In this document: one piece after another, positions 8,776 through 18,299 of the stretch
How positions within the stretch are numbered: the stretch's first letter is position 1
How the letters are laid out: every line of letters starts with the position of its first letter
DNA from: Solirubrobacterales bacterium
Lineage (GTDB): Bacteria; Bacillota; Syntrophomonadia; Syntrophomonadales; DTU052
DNA: 64,000 nucleotides
Reading direction: 5' to 3'
Assembly: GCA_050258755.1 (NCBI GenBank)
Contig: JBLMZI010000005.1
Location: forward strand, 79,534-143,533
The notes under the pieces: generated by a model
The model's database searches: none
The model's input: the letters and a program-made list of their open reading frames with translations, nothing else
Told to the model about the DNA's origin: nothing
Made by a program: the position numbers and the translations under genes

Positions 8776-9282
8776 ATGGTACCGGTGATTTCGTTTGTCG
8801 GATGGCATAATGCGGGTAAAACAACGGTTTTGGAAAAAGTGGTCCGGGAATTGACGGAACGCGGTTTTCGGATCGGCCTGCTGAAACATACGGAAAAGCG
8901 GTTTCAACTGGATAAACCGGGATCGGACACCGCTCGGCTTGCCCAGGCAGGGGCCTGCCAGGTCGCGATCGCCTCACAGGAGCGGATCGGCTTTTATGGC
9001 CGGGTGGAGCAGGAACCGACCCTGGACGAGATGTGCGCTCTTTTCCGGGATGTCGATCTGATTATCACGGAAGGTTATAAACAAGGGGATAAACCTAAAA
9101 TATTCGTAGCCCGAAGCGAGATCAGCCGGGATATTCCCGCATTGTCTCAGCTGGCTGCGATTGTGGCCGATTTTGAGGTCGGCGACCAAAACATTCCTTG
9201 CTTTGGTCTGGAGGAAACCGATGCGCTGGCCGACTTTCTCGCGGTGCTGCTGCAAAACGGATCCGGGGGGTGCCGCCCATGA
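8776..9282 (+). CDS. mobB: Molybdopterin-guanine dinucleotide biosynthesis adapter MobB-like P-loop protein
   Basis: VISFVGWHNAGKTTVLEKVV...GLLKHT. AGGAGG lies 6 nt before ATG 8776. Confidence 0.8.
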   Translation: MVPVISFVGWHNAGKTTVLEKVVRELTERGFRIGLLKHTEKRFQLDKPGSDTARLAQAGACQVAIASQERIGFYGRVEQEPTLDEMCALFRDVDLIITEGYKQGDKPKIFVARSEISRDIPALSQLAAIVADFEVGDQNIPCFGLEETDALADFLAVLLQNGSGGCRP

Positions 9283-10886
9283 GCCATGGGATGATTCGGA
9301 TTGAGATTCGGACCCGTACGGAAACCCGAACGGTATATGCGGCTCCGGGATTAACCGCATGGGATGCTGTGCAGCGGTCCGGTTTATGGCCGGCCGGGGA
9401 CTGCGGGGGACGGGGTATCTGTGGGAAATGCCGGGTGAAAACCCTGGACGGATCGAGGATTACCGCCCAGGAAGCTGAATTGCTGACGGAAGCGGAGAGA
9501 AACCAGGGCATTCGGTTGGCGTGCAGCTGTCGCCTGGAGAATGACGCGGTCATGGAACTGCCGGAAAACAGAGCCGGTGTTTATAAATTGGAAACCACCC
9601 GCCGGCGCTGGCAGGGACGCATAGCCAGCCCGGAGGCCGAAATATTGGGTTTAGAGAGACCGCTTGGCGTGGCTCTGGATATTGGGACCACAACCATCGC
9701 GGCACTGCTCGTGGATTTGACCAGTGGTGAAATCCTGGCCGACCGGGGAACTGCCAATTCTCAGGGCGCGCTGGGGCGTGATGTCATGGCCCGCATCAGC
9801 TATGCGGCGGAAAACGATCGGGGATTGCAGATGCTTCAGTCCATGGTTCTGCGCGATATCCGCAATCTGCTGACCGGTTTGTGCGATGAAGCGGGTGCAG
9901 CCACGGAACAGCTTGCCGCGGTTACGGTCGTCGGAAATCCCGTGATGCTCCATCTGTTCATGGGCCGAAGCCCGGAAACGCTCGGGCGTTCACCCTATCA
10001 GGGGCTGTTTCGGACGGCCCAGACCATCGAACCGGCCTGGCTGGGCCTGCCGGCCCATGAACGCGGCAGAGTCTGGGTGCTGCCGCAGGTTGGTCATTTT
10101 CTGGGGGCCGATATCGTCGGCTGTCTGCTGGCCCTCGAAGGGTCTATGAGTGACCAGGCTTTGGTGCTGGACATTGGAACCAATGGGGAAATGATCTTGA
10201 AAACGAAGGACAGGCTGCTTGGCACATCAGCCGCTGCCGGACCAGCTTTTGAAGGGGCCGGCATCAGCTGCGGCATGACTGCGCGCGATGGCGCCATCGA
10301 CCGGGTATGGTTAGAATCCGGACGGATTTCTTTTCAGGTCCTTGGTGGCGGCGATGCGGCAGGTATCTGCGGCTCGGGACTGATTGACCTGCTGGCGGTT
10401 CTGCTCGAGTTGAAGGTGCTGGATCCGACGGGGCGGATCAATTCCGAAACGATGCTGGAAAGCATACGATCCACTTCCCGGGGAACCATGTTTGTGTTGA
10501 CCGAAACGGCCGACGGCAGCCAAATTGGGCTGACCCAGCAGGATGTTCGGGAATTGCAGCTCGCGAAAGGGGCCTTGCGGGCCGGGGTCGACACGCTCCT
10601 GGAGGAAGCCGGGATTCTTCCGGAAATGATCGAAAAGGTCTTCGTAGCCGGGGCGTTCGGCAATCACTTGAACCCGGTTTCCTTACTCCAAACCGGGATG
10701 CTGCCCCGATTTGAACTGGAATCAATCATCAACGCAGGAAATGCCGCTGTCGAAGGGGCGTTGGCCGCACTGCTCTCGCTATCCGCGCGGAATCGGGCGA
10801 CGGAGTTGGCGCAATCGATTGAATCGATCCAATTGGCTAACCGGTCCGACTTTTCGGCAGTTTTCATAAACAGTCTCAATTTTTAA
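9279..10886 (+). CDS. ASKHA-fold protein with N-terminal 2Fe-2S ferredoxin domain (RACo-like corrinoid reductive activase, DUF4445 type)
   Basis: CGGRGICGKCRV cluster motif, then LDIGTTT and LDIGTNGE ASKHA phosphate motifs. ATG 9279 overlaps the mobB stop (ATGA). Confidence 0.8.
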   Translation: MSHGMIRIEIRTRTETRTVYAAPGLTAWDAVQRSGLWPAGDCGGRGICGKCRVKTLDGSRITAQEAELLTEAERNQGIRLACSCRLENDAVMELPENRAGVYKLETTRRRWQGRIASPEAEILGLERPLGVALDIGTTTIAALLVDLTSGEILADRGTANSQGALGRDVMARISYAAENDRGLQMLQSMVLRDIRNLLTGLCDEAGAATEQLAAVTVVGNPVMLHLFMGRSPETLGRSPYQGLFRTAQTIEPAWLGLPAHERGRVWVLPQVGHFLGADIVGCLLALEGSMSDQALVLDIGTNGEMILKTKDRLLGTSAAAGPAFEGAGISCGMTARDGAIDRVWLESGRISFQVLGGGDAAGICGSGLIDLLAVLLELKVLDPTGRINSETMLESIRSTSRGTMFVLTETADGSQIGLTQQDVRELQLAKGALRAGVDTLLEEAGILPEMIEKVFVAGAFGNHLNPVSLLQTGMLPRFELESIINAGNAAVEGALAALLSLSARNRATELAQSIESIQLANRSDFSAVFINSLNF

Positions 10887-10904
10887 CACACAAGGAGGCG
10901 GTGT

Positions 10905-11201
10905 TTGATGGCACAGGTGCCGAAATTCCTGGAAGCCTATCGGGAAATCGATCCGGTCTTGTATGAAACAGTCGTCAAGGTAATTGAAATGGCTAATGCG
11001 CCGGGGGTGCTGGATCGAAAAACAAAGCTTCTGATCACCTTGGCCCTGGATGTTTTCAAGGGGGCCGACGAAGGTGTTCGGGTATTGGCCGCACAGGCAC
11101 GTGAAGTGGGCGCAACCGAGCAAGAATTGGCTGAGGCGATCCGCCTGGCGTATTACGTGGCTGGATTCGATCCGTTAAAAACGGCCCTGGCTGCGTTTTA
11201 A
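10905..11201 (+). CDS. Carboxymuconolactone decarboxylase (AhpD-like) family protein, lacking a CxxC
   Basis: 98 aa with LDRKTKLLITLALDV. No Cys pair at the usual position. Confidence 0.65.
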   Translation: MMAQVPKFLEAYREIDPVLYETVVKVIEMANAPGVLDRKTKLLITLALDVFKGADEGVRVLAAQAREVGATEQELAEAIRLAYYVAGFDPLKTALAAF

Positions 11202-11264
11202 GCAGCCTACCAGGTCCATGGAAGGCATTGCGATCCTTCCGGCAAGAGATGGAATCAAACCAAA

Positions 11265-11300
11265 CAAAAAGGGCTGCCGGCATCGCCGGCAGCCCTTTGA
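11265..11300. terminator. Bidirectional terminator between convergent genes
   Basis: AAAAAGGGCTGCCGG CATC GCCGGCAGCCCTTT. Confidence 0.75.
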
Positions 11301-11316
11301 TCGTTGAATGGGGGTA

Positions 11317-12633
11317 CTATTTGCTCACATTTTTGAAAATCGGGTTTAGGACCAGTCCGGTGATCAGTTTAGGGTAGAAGTAGGTGGACTTTTGAGGCAT
11401 CTTGTCTTTGGCCTCGGCAACGGCAACCACTTCTTCAACTTTGGTCGAGTTGATCAGGAACGCAAGCTGGTAGGCCCCGTTGTTGACCGCCTGGACCGCC
11501 CAGTTTTCATCGCGGGTGTACGCCAGGTTATCCTGGTTTTTCCGCTCGATCTCGCCAATACCCAGGAGGTGGTCCAAAATGAGGTTGTCCAATTGTGCCA
11601 CGTCGAGCTTTTTCCAGGCATCGGAGCGCTCTTTGGGGAGGAACTTCTTTGCCTGGGTAAAGTTTTTCAAGGTCAGGAAATACAGGGTTTTGTCTGAACC
11701 GTACATGCCGAAAACCCGCTTTTTCTTGCGGCGGCGGCCAAGTTCGGTCATGAATTCATCCAGCTTTTCCGCGGAACCGGCTTTTTCCACCTCAAACAGG
11801 TCGGACAGCGCGGTAATAAATTTTGGCATCTTGAGGCCTTTTACCGAACCGACCACGCGGTGGGTCGGGAGCACGACCAGCCCGTCGTCATGAAGATTGA
11901 CCAGGGTGGTCATTACATGATCGAAGCCGGGCTTCCCGGCCGCTTCCATGTCGCGCGAGTACTGCAGCGCAGTCTCATAGCGATGGTGGCCGTCGGCAAT
12001 ATAGATTTTCATGGCTTTAAAGGTTTCGACTACGAATTTAACGACTTTTTCATTGGTGACGACCCAAAGCCGGTGAATTTCGCCGGCTTCGTCCACGAAC
12101 TCGACATCGGGCTCCCGGCCGTCAATCGAACCGTGCAGAGCCTGGTCAATCTTCTTTTCAGGATCGTCGTACATGCCGAAGATCGAACTGAAATTGGACT
12201 GGGTGGCATGCATCAGCTTCAGCCGGTCGGCTTTGGGTTTGGACAGGGTCTCTTCATGAGGAAGGATGTTGCCCAGGCTGTAGTCCTCGGTTTTCATCCC
12301 GCAGATAAAACCGTTGCGGATCAAGGTGCCGTGCGGGCCTTCAAATTCCTGTTGGTAAACATACAGGGCCGGCTTAGACTCGGCGATGAGGACTTCATCT
12401 TCCTGCCACTTATCAAGATATTTTTTCGCGCGGGTGTAGCGATTGTTCTTTTCGGTGTCATCGGGGAAAATGAGTCCGAGTTCGAGGCGGATGATATTGA
12501 AAGGGTTTTCTGCATAATACCGTGCCTGGGCTTTCTCGTCGATCACGTCATAGGGCGGGGTTACCACCGATGCCGCGTTCGGGTTTTTCTCCGGATTGTA
12601 GCGCAGGCCGATCATGGGGCTGATTGAAGCCAT
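11317..12633 (-). CDS. DUF1015 family protein
   Basis: N-terminus ISPMIGLRYNP...VVTPPYDVIDE is typical of DUF1015. 438 aa. Confidence 0.8.
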   Translation of the reverse strand: MASISPMIGLRYNPEKNPNAASVVTPPYDVIDEKAQARYYAENPFNIIRLELGLIFPDDTEKNNRYTRAKKYLDKWQEDEVLIAESKPALYVYQQEFEGPHGTLIRNGFICGMKTEDYSLGNILPHEETLSKPKADRLKLMHATQSNFSSIFGMYDDPEKKIDQALHGSIDGREPDVEFVDEAGEIHRLWVVTNEKVVKFVVETFKAMKIYIADGHHRYETALQYSRDMEAAGKPGFDHVMTTLVNLHDDGLVVLPTHRVVGSVKGLKMPKFITALSDLFEVEKAGSAEKLDEFMTELGRRRKKKRVFGMYGSDKTLYFLTLKNFTQAKKFLPKERSDAWKKLDVAQLDNLILDHLLGIGEIERKNQDNLAYTRDENWAVQAVNNGAYQLAFLINSTKVEEVVAVAEAKDKMPQKSTYFYPKLITGLVLNPIFKNVSK

Positions 12634-12884
12634 GTGCCCTGAAACCTCCTATGGAATATGAATTCTTTCCAAATTGTATTATAACGGTTGAACCGGACGC
12701 AATGCTTTTCGACTTCGGCATCGCAAGAAACGCCGCCACTAAACGGGGAGTAAGCGCGATGAATTGGGAAGTTTGATGACCGGGTCAAATAAAAACGCAA
12801 TGTCGAAAGGGGCCTGAAGCCCGCAGGGGTGCGGCTTGCATTTTGAGGGGCAGAGTGCTTCAATAAATGTGGATGTAGAGGTAT

Positions 12885-13673
12885 TTGGAGGCATTTCATT
12901 TGGCACTGATCGACTATCATATCCATGCGCTGGCGCATGGCGAATACCAGCTCACAGCGGAATGGCTCACCGAGTATCTGGCCAGTGCAAAACAGCAGGG
13001 AATTATTGAGCTTGGGATCAGTGACCATGATGAGTTTCAGGGCACGTTCGACCCGGCGATGATTCTGGATGGCAATCGGATATCCGGGGGGAATCCCGTG
13101 GTACGCTTGGGGCTGGAAGTGGACTACAAACCGTCCCGGGAAACTGAACTGGCGCACCTTATCCGGAAAGCGCCTTATGATTACGTCATTGGTTCAGTGC
13201 ATCATATTGGCGAGTGGCTGTTCGACCATCCGGATTACCGGAGTGGCTATGATACCCGGTCCGTTGATGCGGTGTATGCGGAGTACTACACGCTGGTTGA
13301 GCGGATGTGCCGATCCGGGCTTTTTGATGTGGTTGGACATATCGATCTTGTGAAAATCTGGGGACACCGTCCGGCCGGAAACAGCGGGGCGGCTTTCGCC
13401 GGCTCGGCGCTTAAGGCCATTCGGGAATGCGGTATGGTGGTAGAGATTAACAGTGCCGGCCTCCGGAAACCGGTCGGAGAACTGTATCCGGAAGATGCGA
13501 TTATACGGCGCTTATTTGAAAGCAACATTCCGATTACGCTGGGTTCGGATGCGCACCGGCCCGACGATGTGGGTCTTGGCCTGGGAGAAGCGGCAGCTGC
13601 TGCCCGAAGGGCCGGATACCGCAAGGTTACCGGTTTCCAGCAGCACCAGCAGCTTTTATTTTCACTGGACTAA
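12885..13673 (+). CDS. Histidinol-phosphatase HisJ family (PHP domain)
   Basis: DYHIHA, GSVHH, VVGHIDL, EINSAGLRKP and LGSDAH motifs. The start is TTG 12885 or TTG 12900. Confidence 0.8.
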   Translation: MEAFHLALIDYHIHALAHGEYQLTAEWLTEYLASAKQQGIIELGISDHDEFQGTFDPAMILDGNRISGGNPVVRLGLEVDYKPSRETELAHLIRKAPYDYVIGSVHHIGEWLFDHPDYRSGYDTRSVDAVYAEYYTLVERMCRSGLFDVVGHIDLVKIWGHRPAGNSGAAFAGSALKAIRECGMVVEINSAGLRKPVGELYPEDAIIRRLFESNIPITLGSDAHRPDDVGLGLGEAAAAARRAGYRKVTGFQQHQQLLFSLD

Positions 13674-13696
13674 TCAACGAACAGGTGGTGTATCCA

Positions 13697-14707
13697 ATGC
13701 ATGATGCGGCAATTCTCTTGATCAGTCTTGGAATTATCCTGGTTGGTGCCGAGGCGTTCACCAATGCCGTCGAGTGGCTGGGCAAGCGGATGAATCTGCC
13801 GGAGGGCGCTGTTGGCAGCATCCTGGCCGCGGTCGGCACTGCACTGCCCGAAACCATGATTCCATTGATCGCACTGACTCTGGACCGCGGGGGGAACGCG
13901 AAAAGCATTGGCATTGGAGCTATCCTTGGTGCGCCATTGATGCTTTCGACCCTGGCGATGTTCGTGACCGGTACAGCGATTATCGCCTTTCGTCGGCGCC
14001 GGCGGGCCGGGACGGACGTGCTCGCTGATCCCGCGGTCATGTCACGGGACTTGAGCGTTTTCCTCGTCGTGTTCAGCGTTGCCATGCTGGCTGGACTGAT
14101 TCCGCCGCAATTCCGGTTTGGTCAGTTGATTCTCGCCGGATTGATGGTGCTTGCTTACATCTATTATGTATGGCTTACCCTTCAGGATGAGCGGTGCGAT
14201 GACGAAGAAGAGGATTTGCGCGCTTGCTATTTTGCCCCCAAGGCCGATCAGCCAGCCTACTTTTCGATCCTTGCTCAGTTGGGGTTTGCACTTGTCATGA
14301 TTGTCGGTGGTGCGCACCTTTTTGTCCAGGGCGTGGAGAGCCTGGCTATAGCTTTTGGGATTCCAGCGTTCGTGCTCGCGCTGGTGATCGCGCCGATCGC
14401 CACCGAACTCCCGGAAAAGTTCAACAGCGTGATCTGGGTATCCCGTGAGAAGGACACCCTGGCCCTGGGCAACATTACCGGCGCAATGGTGTTTCAAAGT
14501 TCCTTGATTCCGGCAATGGGGATCTTTCTTTCCGACTGGCAGCTCAGTTCCGGCGCCCTGCTGTCCGGACTGCTCACCCTGACCGCGGCGGGGGTTCTGT
14601 TCCTGGAAACCCATCACCATAAAAAATTGCAGGCAAGGACGCTGCTCCTTTCCGGCGCTTTTTATCTGTTGTTTCTGATCCTGGTATTAAAACGGGTGAT
14701 CGTATAG
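13697..14707 (+). CDS. Sodium/calcium exchanger (CaCA) family membrane protein
   Basis: Two alpha-repeat signatures, GTALPET and ATELPEK. AGGTGGTG lies 6 nt before ATG 13697. Confidence 0.8.
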   Translation: MHDAAILLISLGIILVGAEAFTNAVEWLGKRMNLPEGAVGSILAAVGTALPETMIPLIALTLDRGGNAKSIGIGAILGAPLMLSTLAMFVTGTAIIAFRRRRRAGTDVLADPAVMSRDLSVFLVVFSVAMLAGLIPPQFRFGQLILAGLMVLAYIYYVWLTLQDERCDDEEEDLRACYFAPKADQPAYFSILAQLGFALVMIVGGAHLFVQGVESLAIAFGIPAFVLALVIAPIATELPEKFNSVIWVSREKDTLALGNITGAMVFQSSLIPAMGIFLSDWQLSSGALLSGLLTLTAAGVLFLETHHHKKLQARTLLLSGAFYLLFLILVLKRVIV

Positions 14708-14756
14708 TTGAGCTGGTTAGCGAATGCCTGCCAACGGTTGTTGAAGGAGGTTTATC

Positions 14757-15218
14757 GTGAAGACAGAAGAAAAAATAGCTGCCTTGGGAATCACGCTTCC
14801 GGAGGCTCCAAGACCGCTTGCGGCCTACGTTCCTGCGGTTCAGTCCGGATCGCTGGTATTCATATCCGGGCAGCTGCCGGTGCTAAACGGGGCACTGATG
14901 ATGACCGGGAAGCTGGGCGCCGGGCTTTCGCTCGAAGATGGACAGGCTGCCGCTCGGCAGGCCGCAATCAACTGTCTCGGGGTGCTGAAAGCCACAGCCG
15001 GGGATTTGGACCGGGTGAAACGGATTGTAAAAATCACTGGATTTGTACAGTCAGATGGTACCTTTTACGATCAGCCGAAGGTGATCAACGGCGCTTCAGA
15101 GCTGTTTCAGGCGGTATTTGGCGAGGCCGGGGTCCATGCCCGGGCGGCCGTCGGTGTCAACGCGCTGCCGCTGAATGCGCCGGTGGAGGTTGAACTGATC
15201 GCCGAGCTCGCGGATTAA
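14757..15218 (+). CDS. RidA/YjgF family protein
   Basis: 153 aa. LPEAPRPLAAYVPAV...FISGQLP and a C-terminal RAAVGVNALPLNAPVEVE. Confidence 0.8.
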   Translation: MKTEEKIAALGITLPEAPRPLAAYVPAVQSGSLVFISGQLPVLNGALMMTGKLGAGLSLEDGQAAARQAAINCLGVLKATAGDLDRVKRIVKITGFVQSDGTFYDQPKVINGASELFQAVFGEAGVHARAAVGVNALPLNAPVEVELIAELAD

Positions 15219-15220
15219 TC

Positions 15221-16381
15221 ATGAAATATCGGGATTTTTACTGGGCATCTGGCGGTCATTTTGCCACAGATCTCTATTTTAATCTGCTTCCGGCCTTATT
15301 GCCGGTTGTCTCCCACCGCCTTGGCCTGTCACTCACCCAGGTCGGGTTTGTGACCATGGCCAGCATGGTGGCGGCCAACTTCTTCCAGCCGCTGCTCGGC
15401 CATCGGTTTGACCGGCGGCCAAACCGCTTGTGGCCGCGGGTATCACTGGTCGCTAGCGGGTTCTTTATGGTGTTGTGCGGGCTTCCGGTCGGTTACGGGC
15501 TGTTCGGGCTGCTGGCGGTGGTTGGCGGCTTTGCCAATGGCGCGTTCCACCCACTGGGTTCCGTGGTTGCTTATCAATCGAATCCCCGCCAGCGTGGTTT
15601 TTTTATGTCAATGTACTCAACGGCCGGATCGTTTGGCTTTGCAATCGGACCCGCGATCGCGGCGGTAATGATTCAAACCTTTCAAACGCCAGTCTCTTTG
15701 CTGGCCTTGGCTTTACCGCTGCCGCTTTTTTGGCATTATCTCGGAAAGATTGATCTGTCCAAGCTTCAGACCCAGTCGGAATCCGCCGGGGAGCCCAATG
15801 GGCTAAAGGGGATTCTGACAGCGGGTGTGGTTGTGCTCACCCTGATTATGATCCTCAGGGCGTGGGGGCATCTGGCCTTCTGCAGCTATCTGGTGTTTCT
15901 GCTCCAGGAACGGGGTTTTACCTATGTTGCAGCCGCAAACCTGCTGACTGCATTTTTGATCGCGGCATCGGTCGGCGGACTGGGGGGCGGAAAACTCTCG
16001 GACGGGATCGGCCGTCGGGCAGTGGTTCTGATAACCCTGGTTGGGTCCGCACTCTTTTCCGGACTTTTTTTAGTTTCGAGCGGCCCGCTTTCATTGGTTT
16101 TTTTGATCCTGGCCGGGCTCGGGATTGGGGGATCATTCCCGGTGCTGATTGTGCTGGGACAAGAACTGATGCCAAACAATATTGGCCTGGCATCGGGCAT
16201 TTCCATGGGATTCGCCTGGGGAATGGCTGCATTTGGGATCTACCTGAATGGTATTGTTGGGGATTTGTATGGTCTGACCGCGAGTTTTTGGATGACCACC
16301 GGAATCCTGGCTCTGGCTGCCATCATGACCGCTGGCGCGATCGCTGTTTTAGCCTGGCGCCGGCAAGCAAAGCAAGCATAA
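15221..16381 (+). CDS. MFS transporter
   Basis: 386 aa, about 12 hydrophobic segments, with DRRPNR-type loop motifs. Confidence 0.75.
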   Translation: MKYRDFYWASGGHFATDLYFNLLPALLPVVSHRLGLSLTQVGFVTMASMVAANFFQPLLGHRFDRRPNRLWPRVSLVASGFFMVLCGLPVGYGLFGLLAVVGGFANGAFHPLGSVVAYQSNPRQRGFFMSMYSTAGSFGFAIGPAIAAVMIQTFQTPVSLLALALPLPLFWHYLGKIDLSKLQTQSESAGEPNGLKGILTAGVVVLTLIMILRAWGHLAFCSYLVFLLQERGFTYVAAANLLTAFLIAASVGGLGGGKLSDGIGRRAVVLITLVGSALFSGLFLVSSGPLSLVFLILAGLGIGGSFPVLIVLGQELMPNNIGLASGISMGFAWGMAAFGIYLNGIVGDLYGLTASFWMTTGILALAAIMTAGAIAVLAWRRQAKQA

Positions 16382-16396
16382 AAAAGAGGTGTAAGC

Positions 16397-16741
16397 ATGA
16401 ACGTTTATGACAAAGCCCACGAAACCGCCCGGGCGCTGAAAGAGAGCCAGCAGGGCAAAAAGTATGAAACTGCGCGCGAGGCACTGAAAAAGAATGAAGA
16501 AAACTGGCAGGTTCTGCAGGATTTCAGGGTAAGGCAATCGGAGCTGCAGGCGAAGATCTTGGAGGGAGAACCGGTTCCGGGTGAAAAAATGGACGAATTG
16601 AACCGGCTGTTTCTCATCCTGACCCAGAATCCGGTCATTATGGAATACCTCCAGGCCGAATTGGAGCTGATCACGGTTATCGAAGACATTCAGCAGATTC
16701 TGCTGAAGGCGGTTGAACTGGGCAAACCAGCTCAGGAATAA
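16397..16741 (+). CDS. YlbF/YmcA family regulator
   Basis: 114-aa helical protein. MNVYDKAHETARALKES...LQDFRVRQSELQ resembles the YlbF family. Confidence 0.7.
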   Translation: MNVYDKAHETARALKESQQGKKYETAREALKKNEENWQVLQDFRVRQSELQAKILEGEPVPGEKMDELNRLFLILTQNPVIMEYLQAELELITVIEDIQQILLKAVELGKPAQE

Positions 16742-16869
16742 AGTGATTTGGGAACTCCGGACTTTTCGGGCTCGTCCAAAAAACAAATAGACAGAATATT
16801 CTAAACATTATCCGTGGATCTGACGATAATATACTCAGGAGGGAATTGGCCAGGGAAGGAGGGAGTTCA

Positions 16870-16983
16870 ATGAACGTCTATGCGGTTGCGTACCTTGCAG
16901 GGGTTACATTTTTAGGAATAACCGCTCCTGGATTCTTTTACACACTGTATCAAAATCAAATGAACCAGGAGGAGGAAATCTGA
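16870..16983 (+). CDS. Small hydrophobic protein (37 aa), hypothetical
   Basis: GGAAGGAGGGAG RBS before ATG 16870. MNVYAVAYLAGVTFLGITAPGFFY. Followed by a terminator. Below the ORF-track size cut-off. Confidence 0.4.
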   Translation: MNVYAVAYLAGVTFLGITAPGFFYTLYQNQMNQEEEI

Positions 16984-17021
16984 TGCTTTTTCATGGAATG
17001 GAATACCAGCCTCTGTGAATA

Positions 17022-17055
17022 AACTGCGAGGTACGCAAGCCTTCGCAGTTTTTTA
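17022..17055 (+). terminator. Rho-independent terminator
   Basis: AACTGCGAGG / CCTTCGCAGTT stem followed by TTTT. Confidence 0.75.
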
Positions 17056-17242
17056 TTGTCTTGATTTACCGCCGCGACAACAAGCCACCGGGCGACAAGA
17101 ATAGTTGTGAAAAAGGGAATACTCGGATACGGAAGACCTTCATCGTGGGAATACGGTCAGAGGGTCTTTTTTCAATGAAAAGACCGCAGTTTGCAGACCG
17201 GAAAACGATTTCTCCCCTTCGTTGAGTAAGTTTTTCGTTTGC

Positions 17243-17271
17243 TTGCGGGTATCTTGCGAGACGGCTATAAT
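17243..17271 (+). promoter_or_regulatory. Sigma-70-type promoter for the PrsA-like gene
   Basis: TTGCGG-17 nt-TATAAT. Its position makes the ORF-track start at 17239 untenable. Confidence 0.55.
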
Positions 17272-17298
17272 TTGACTAGTTTAATGCAAGGAGACGAC

Positions 17299-18255
17299 AT
17301 GACCATGAATAAAACCCTGCGAAACGTTTTTGTCCTCATTTTGGTATTGTCTTTGATGATCGGTGTTGCCGGGTGTTCCGGGGCTCAGGCGGCCGTTACG
17401 GTAAACGGTGAAAAGATCCCGCAAAAAACGATCGATAGTCGGAAACAAAGCTATATCGCGAATTATGAGCAGCAAAGCGGGAAAAAGCTTGACCCGAAAA
17501 CCGATACAGCGATCATGAAACAAATCGATGACGCTGTAGTCAATGAAGTCATTCAGGAAACAGTTGTGGCTCAGGATGCCAAGAAAAGTGGGATAAAAGT
17601 TACTAAAGCGGAAGTTGTCAAGCGAATCGCTGATTTCAAGAAGATGGTCGGGGGCGAAGAACGGTACAAGCAAGTGCTTGCTCAGATGAAGTTGACCGGC
17701 GCCGATGTGGAAACGATCTTTTCCAATCAGTTGCTGGCGGAAAAGCTGCAGAAGAAAGTTACCGCGAACATCAAGGTCAGTGACGCAGACGTACGGGCGT
17801 ATTACGCGGCCCACCAGGCGGACTACAACGAACTGCGCTCGCTCAAGATTTCTCATATTTTGGTGAAAACCGAACCCGAAGCGCTGGATATGATCAAACG
17901 GGTCAAGGCGGGTGAGGATTTTGCCACGCTTGCAAAAAAATACTCGATTGATCCCTCTGCCCAACAAAATGGCGGCGATCTTGGGATGGTCAATGAGAAG
18001 ACTTCTTTTGTTCCGGAATTTCTGGCAGCCGCAATGGCTTTAAAAGCCGGGCAGATGACCGAAAAGCCGGTAAAAAGCCAGTATGGGTATCATGTGATCA
18101 AAGCCTTTGAAGAGAAACCCGGGAAAACGGTAACTTTTGAGCAGGTAAAAGCCGATGTCCAGAAAGCCGCGCTGAATGACAAACAGCAAAAAGCGTGGAC
18201 GGCCTACCAGCAGAATCTGGTGAAAAAAGCGAAAGTTGACCGGAATAAAAAGTAA
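17299..18255 (+). CDS. prsA: Parvulin-type peptidyl-prolyl isomerase lipoprotein (PrsA-like foldase)
   Basis: Signal peptide with lipobox LMIGVAGC. Parvulin motifs ISHILV and YGYHVIK. AAGGAG lies before ATG 17299. Confidence 0.8.
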   Translation: MTMNKTLRNVFVLILVLSLMIGVAGCSGAQAAVTVNGEKIPQKTIDSRKQSYIANYEQQSGKKLDPKTDTAIMKQIDDAVVNEVIQETVVAQDAKKSGIKVTKAEVVKRIADFKKMVGGEERYKQVLAQMKLTGADVETIFSNQLLAEKLQKKVTANIKVSDADVRAYYAAHQADYNELRSLKISHILVKTEPEALDMIKRVKAGEDFATLAKKYSIDPSAQQNGGDLGMVNEKTSFVPEFLAAAMALKAGQMTEKPVKSQYGYHVIKAFEEKPGKTVTFEQVKADVQKAALNDKQQKAWTAYQQNLVKKAKVDRNKK

Positions 18256-18299
18256 CATCCAATGGGGTAATTTTCTCAGCATTCAGGAAGGTGGTTGCA

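Noticed and set aside
11860-12627. Long antisense ORFs opposite real genes. This one is 255 aa. Others include 3446..4132, 8383..8907, 17281..17967, 18098..18646, 20426..21217 (263 aa), 24212..25210 (332 aa), 48571..49101, 51065..51961 (298 aa) and 54260..55024 (254 aa).
   Set aside because: Each lies fully inside a gene on the other strand that has clear family motifs. Their translations are Arg/Gly/Pro/His-rich low-complexity sequence, typical of shadow frames in GC-rich coding DNA. None has an RBS or family resemblance.
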